This document shows positions 35,986 through 36,390 of a stretch of DNA of 36,390 nt, in pieces (within the stretch, counting starts at the first letter, position 1; each line of letters starts with the position of its first letter). The DNA is from Chryseobacterium gleum (GTDB lineage: Bacteria; Bacteroidota; Bacteroidia; Flavobacteriales_D; Sanyastnellaceae), in assembly GCA_945897395.1 (NCBI GenBank), contig CAMDFE010000001.1, positions 1 through 36,390 on the forward strand. Reading direction: 5' to 3'. The notes beneath the pieces are model-generated. The model was not told where the DNA came from. It did not search any database and worked only from the letters and a program-made list of their open reading frames with translations. The position numbers and the translations under genes were made by a program.

Positions 35986-36390
35986 ATGAATCCTCACCGC
36001 TTTCAGAAGCCAGATGTTGTTGTGCCGTTAGAGATGAATAGCGCACGTCCTGAAATTACGTTACCTGAATATGGTAGAAATATTCAGAAGATGGTGCAGT
36101 ACTCTTTAAGTCTTGAAGACCGCGATGAACGCGCACGTTGTTGCAAGGCCATTATTTCTGTAATGGGACAGTTGTTTCCTTACCTGCGTGACATGGAAGA
36201 TTTCAATCACAAACTTTGGGATCACTTGCACATAATGAGCGACTTTCGCTTAGACGTGGACTCTCCTTATCCGAAACCAGAACCGTCTCAGTTTGTTGTT
36301 AAACCAAATCGTATTGCATATCCTCAGGAAACCGTGAAATTTGGTCACTATGGCAGATATGTAGAGAAGATGATAGATAAGTGCGTTGCC
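35986..36390 (+). CDS. DUF4290 domain-containing protein (3'-partial)
   Basis: This ORF is open from ATG 35986 to the window end and is absent from the ORF track because it has no stop. Its translation MNPHRFQKPDVVVPLEMNSARPEITLPEYGRNIQKMVQYSLSLEDRDERARCCKAIISVMGQLFPYLRDMEDFNHKLWDHLHIMSDFRLDVDSPYP... matches my recollection of the conserved Bacteroidota DUF4290 pattern (LPEYGRNIQ...HKLWDHL.IMSDF.LD). Confidence 0.7.
   Translation, partial: MNPHRFQKPDVVVPLEMNSARPEITLPEYGRNIQKMVQYSLSLEDRDERARCCKAIISVMGQLFPYLRDMEDFNHKLWDHLHIMSDFRLDVDSPYPKPEPSQFVVKPNRIAYPQETVKFGHYGRYVEKMIDKCVA

Noticed and set aside
1-36390. Search for tRNA, rRNA, CRISPR arrays, transposases, integrases, toxin-antitoxin pairs and defence genes
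   Set aside because: None was recognised. All intergenic regions are under ~150 nt, and the only repeats are in-frame coding repeats. No ORF has nuclease, integrase or transposase motifs other than the housekeeping RuvC, RecQ and UvrD.

Overview
This looks like a chromosomal segment from a Bacteroidota organism, probably Flavobacteriia-like. Three proteins carry Type IX secretion (T9SS) C-terminal sorting domains, DUF1573 and DUF4290 genes are present, Shine-Dalgarno sequences are largely absent, and several gene starts have TAnnTTTG '-7' boxes. Most of the window is tightly packed housekeeping: an FtsX-type ABC permease (5' partial), tatC, kpsF/kdsD, recQ, a three-gene beta-oxidation operon, birA, rsfS-ftsH-cdsA-psd, ruvC, a sigma-54 activator, uvrD/pcrA and a DUF4290 gene (3' partial). 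I saw no tRNA, rRNA, CRISPR array, transposase, integrase or recognisable defence genes. Six things stand out. (1) A 6.7-kb gene encodes a 2221-aa cysteine-rich, highly repetitive T9SS cargo protein, followed on the same strand by two Cys-rich DUF1573 paralogs and one terminator. This is my best candidate for an undescribed surface module. (2) A tight four-gene envelope cluster encodes a QxxRW GT2 synthase-like enzyme, an orphan OppC/DppC-type permease, a putative beta-barrel outer-membrane protein (OMP) and a WecA/MraY-type transferase. (3) The fadB/fadJ-type first gene of the beta-oxidation operon is broken by two in-frame stop codons 48 nt apart, with no frameshift. (4) RsfS carries a roughly 100-aa polycationic KPKAEPKAKAA-repeat tail. 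(5) An NtrC-type activator lacks any DNA-binding domain and has GAFTSA in place of GAFTGA. (6) The three T9SS cargo proteins share an N-terminal architecture. All functional calls come from motif recognition in the supplied translations; no searches were run.
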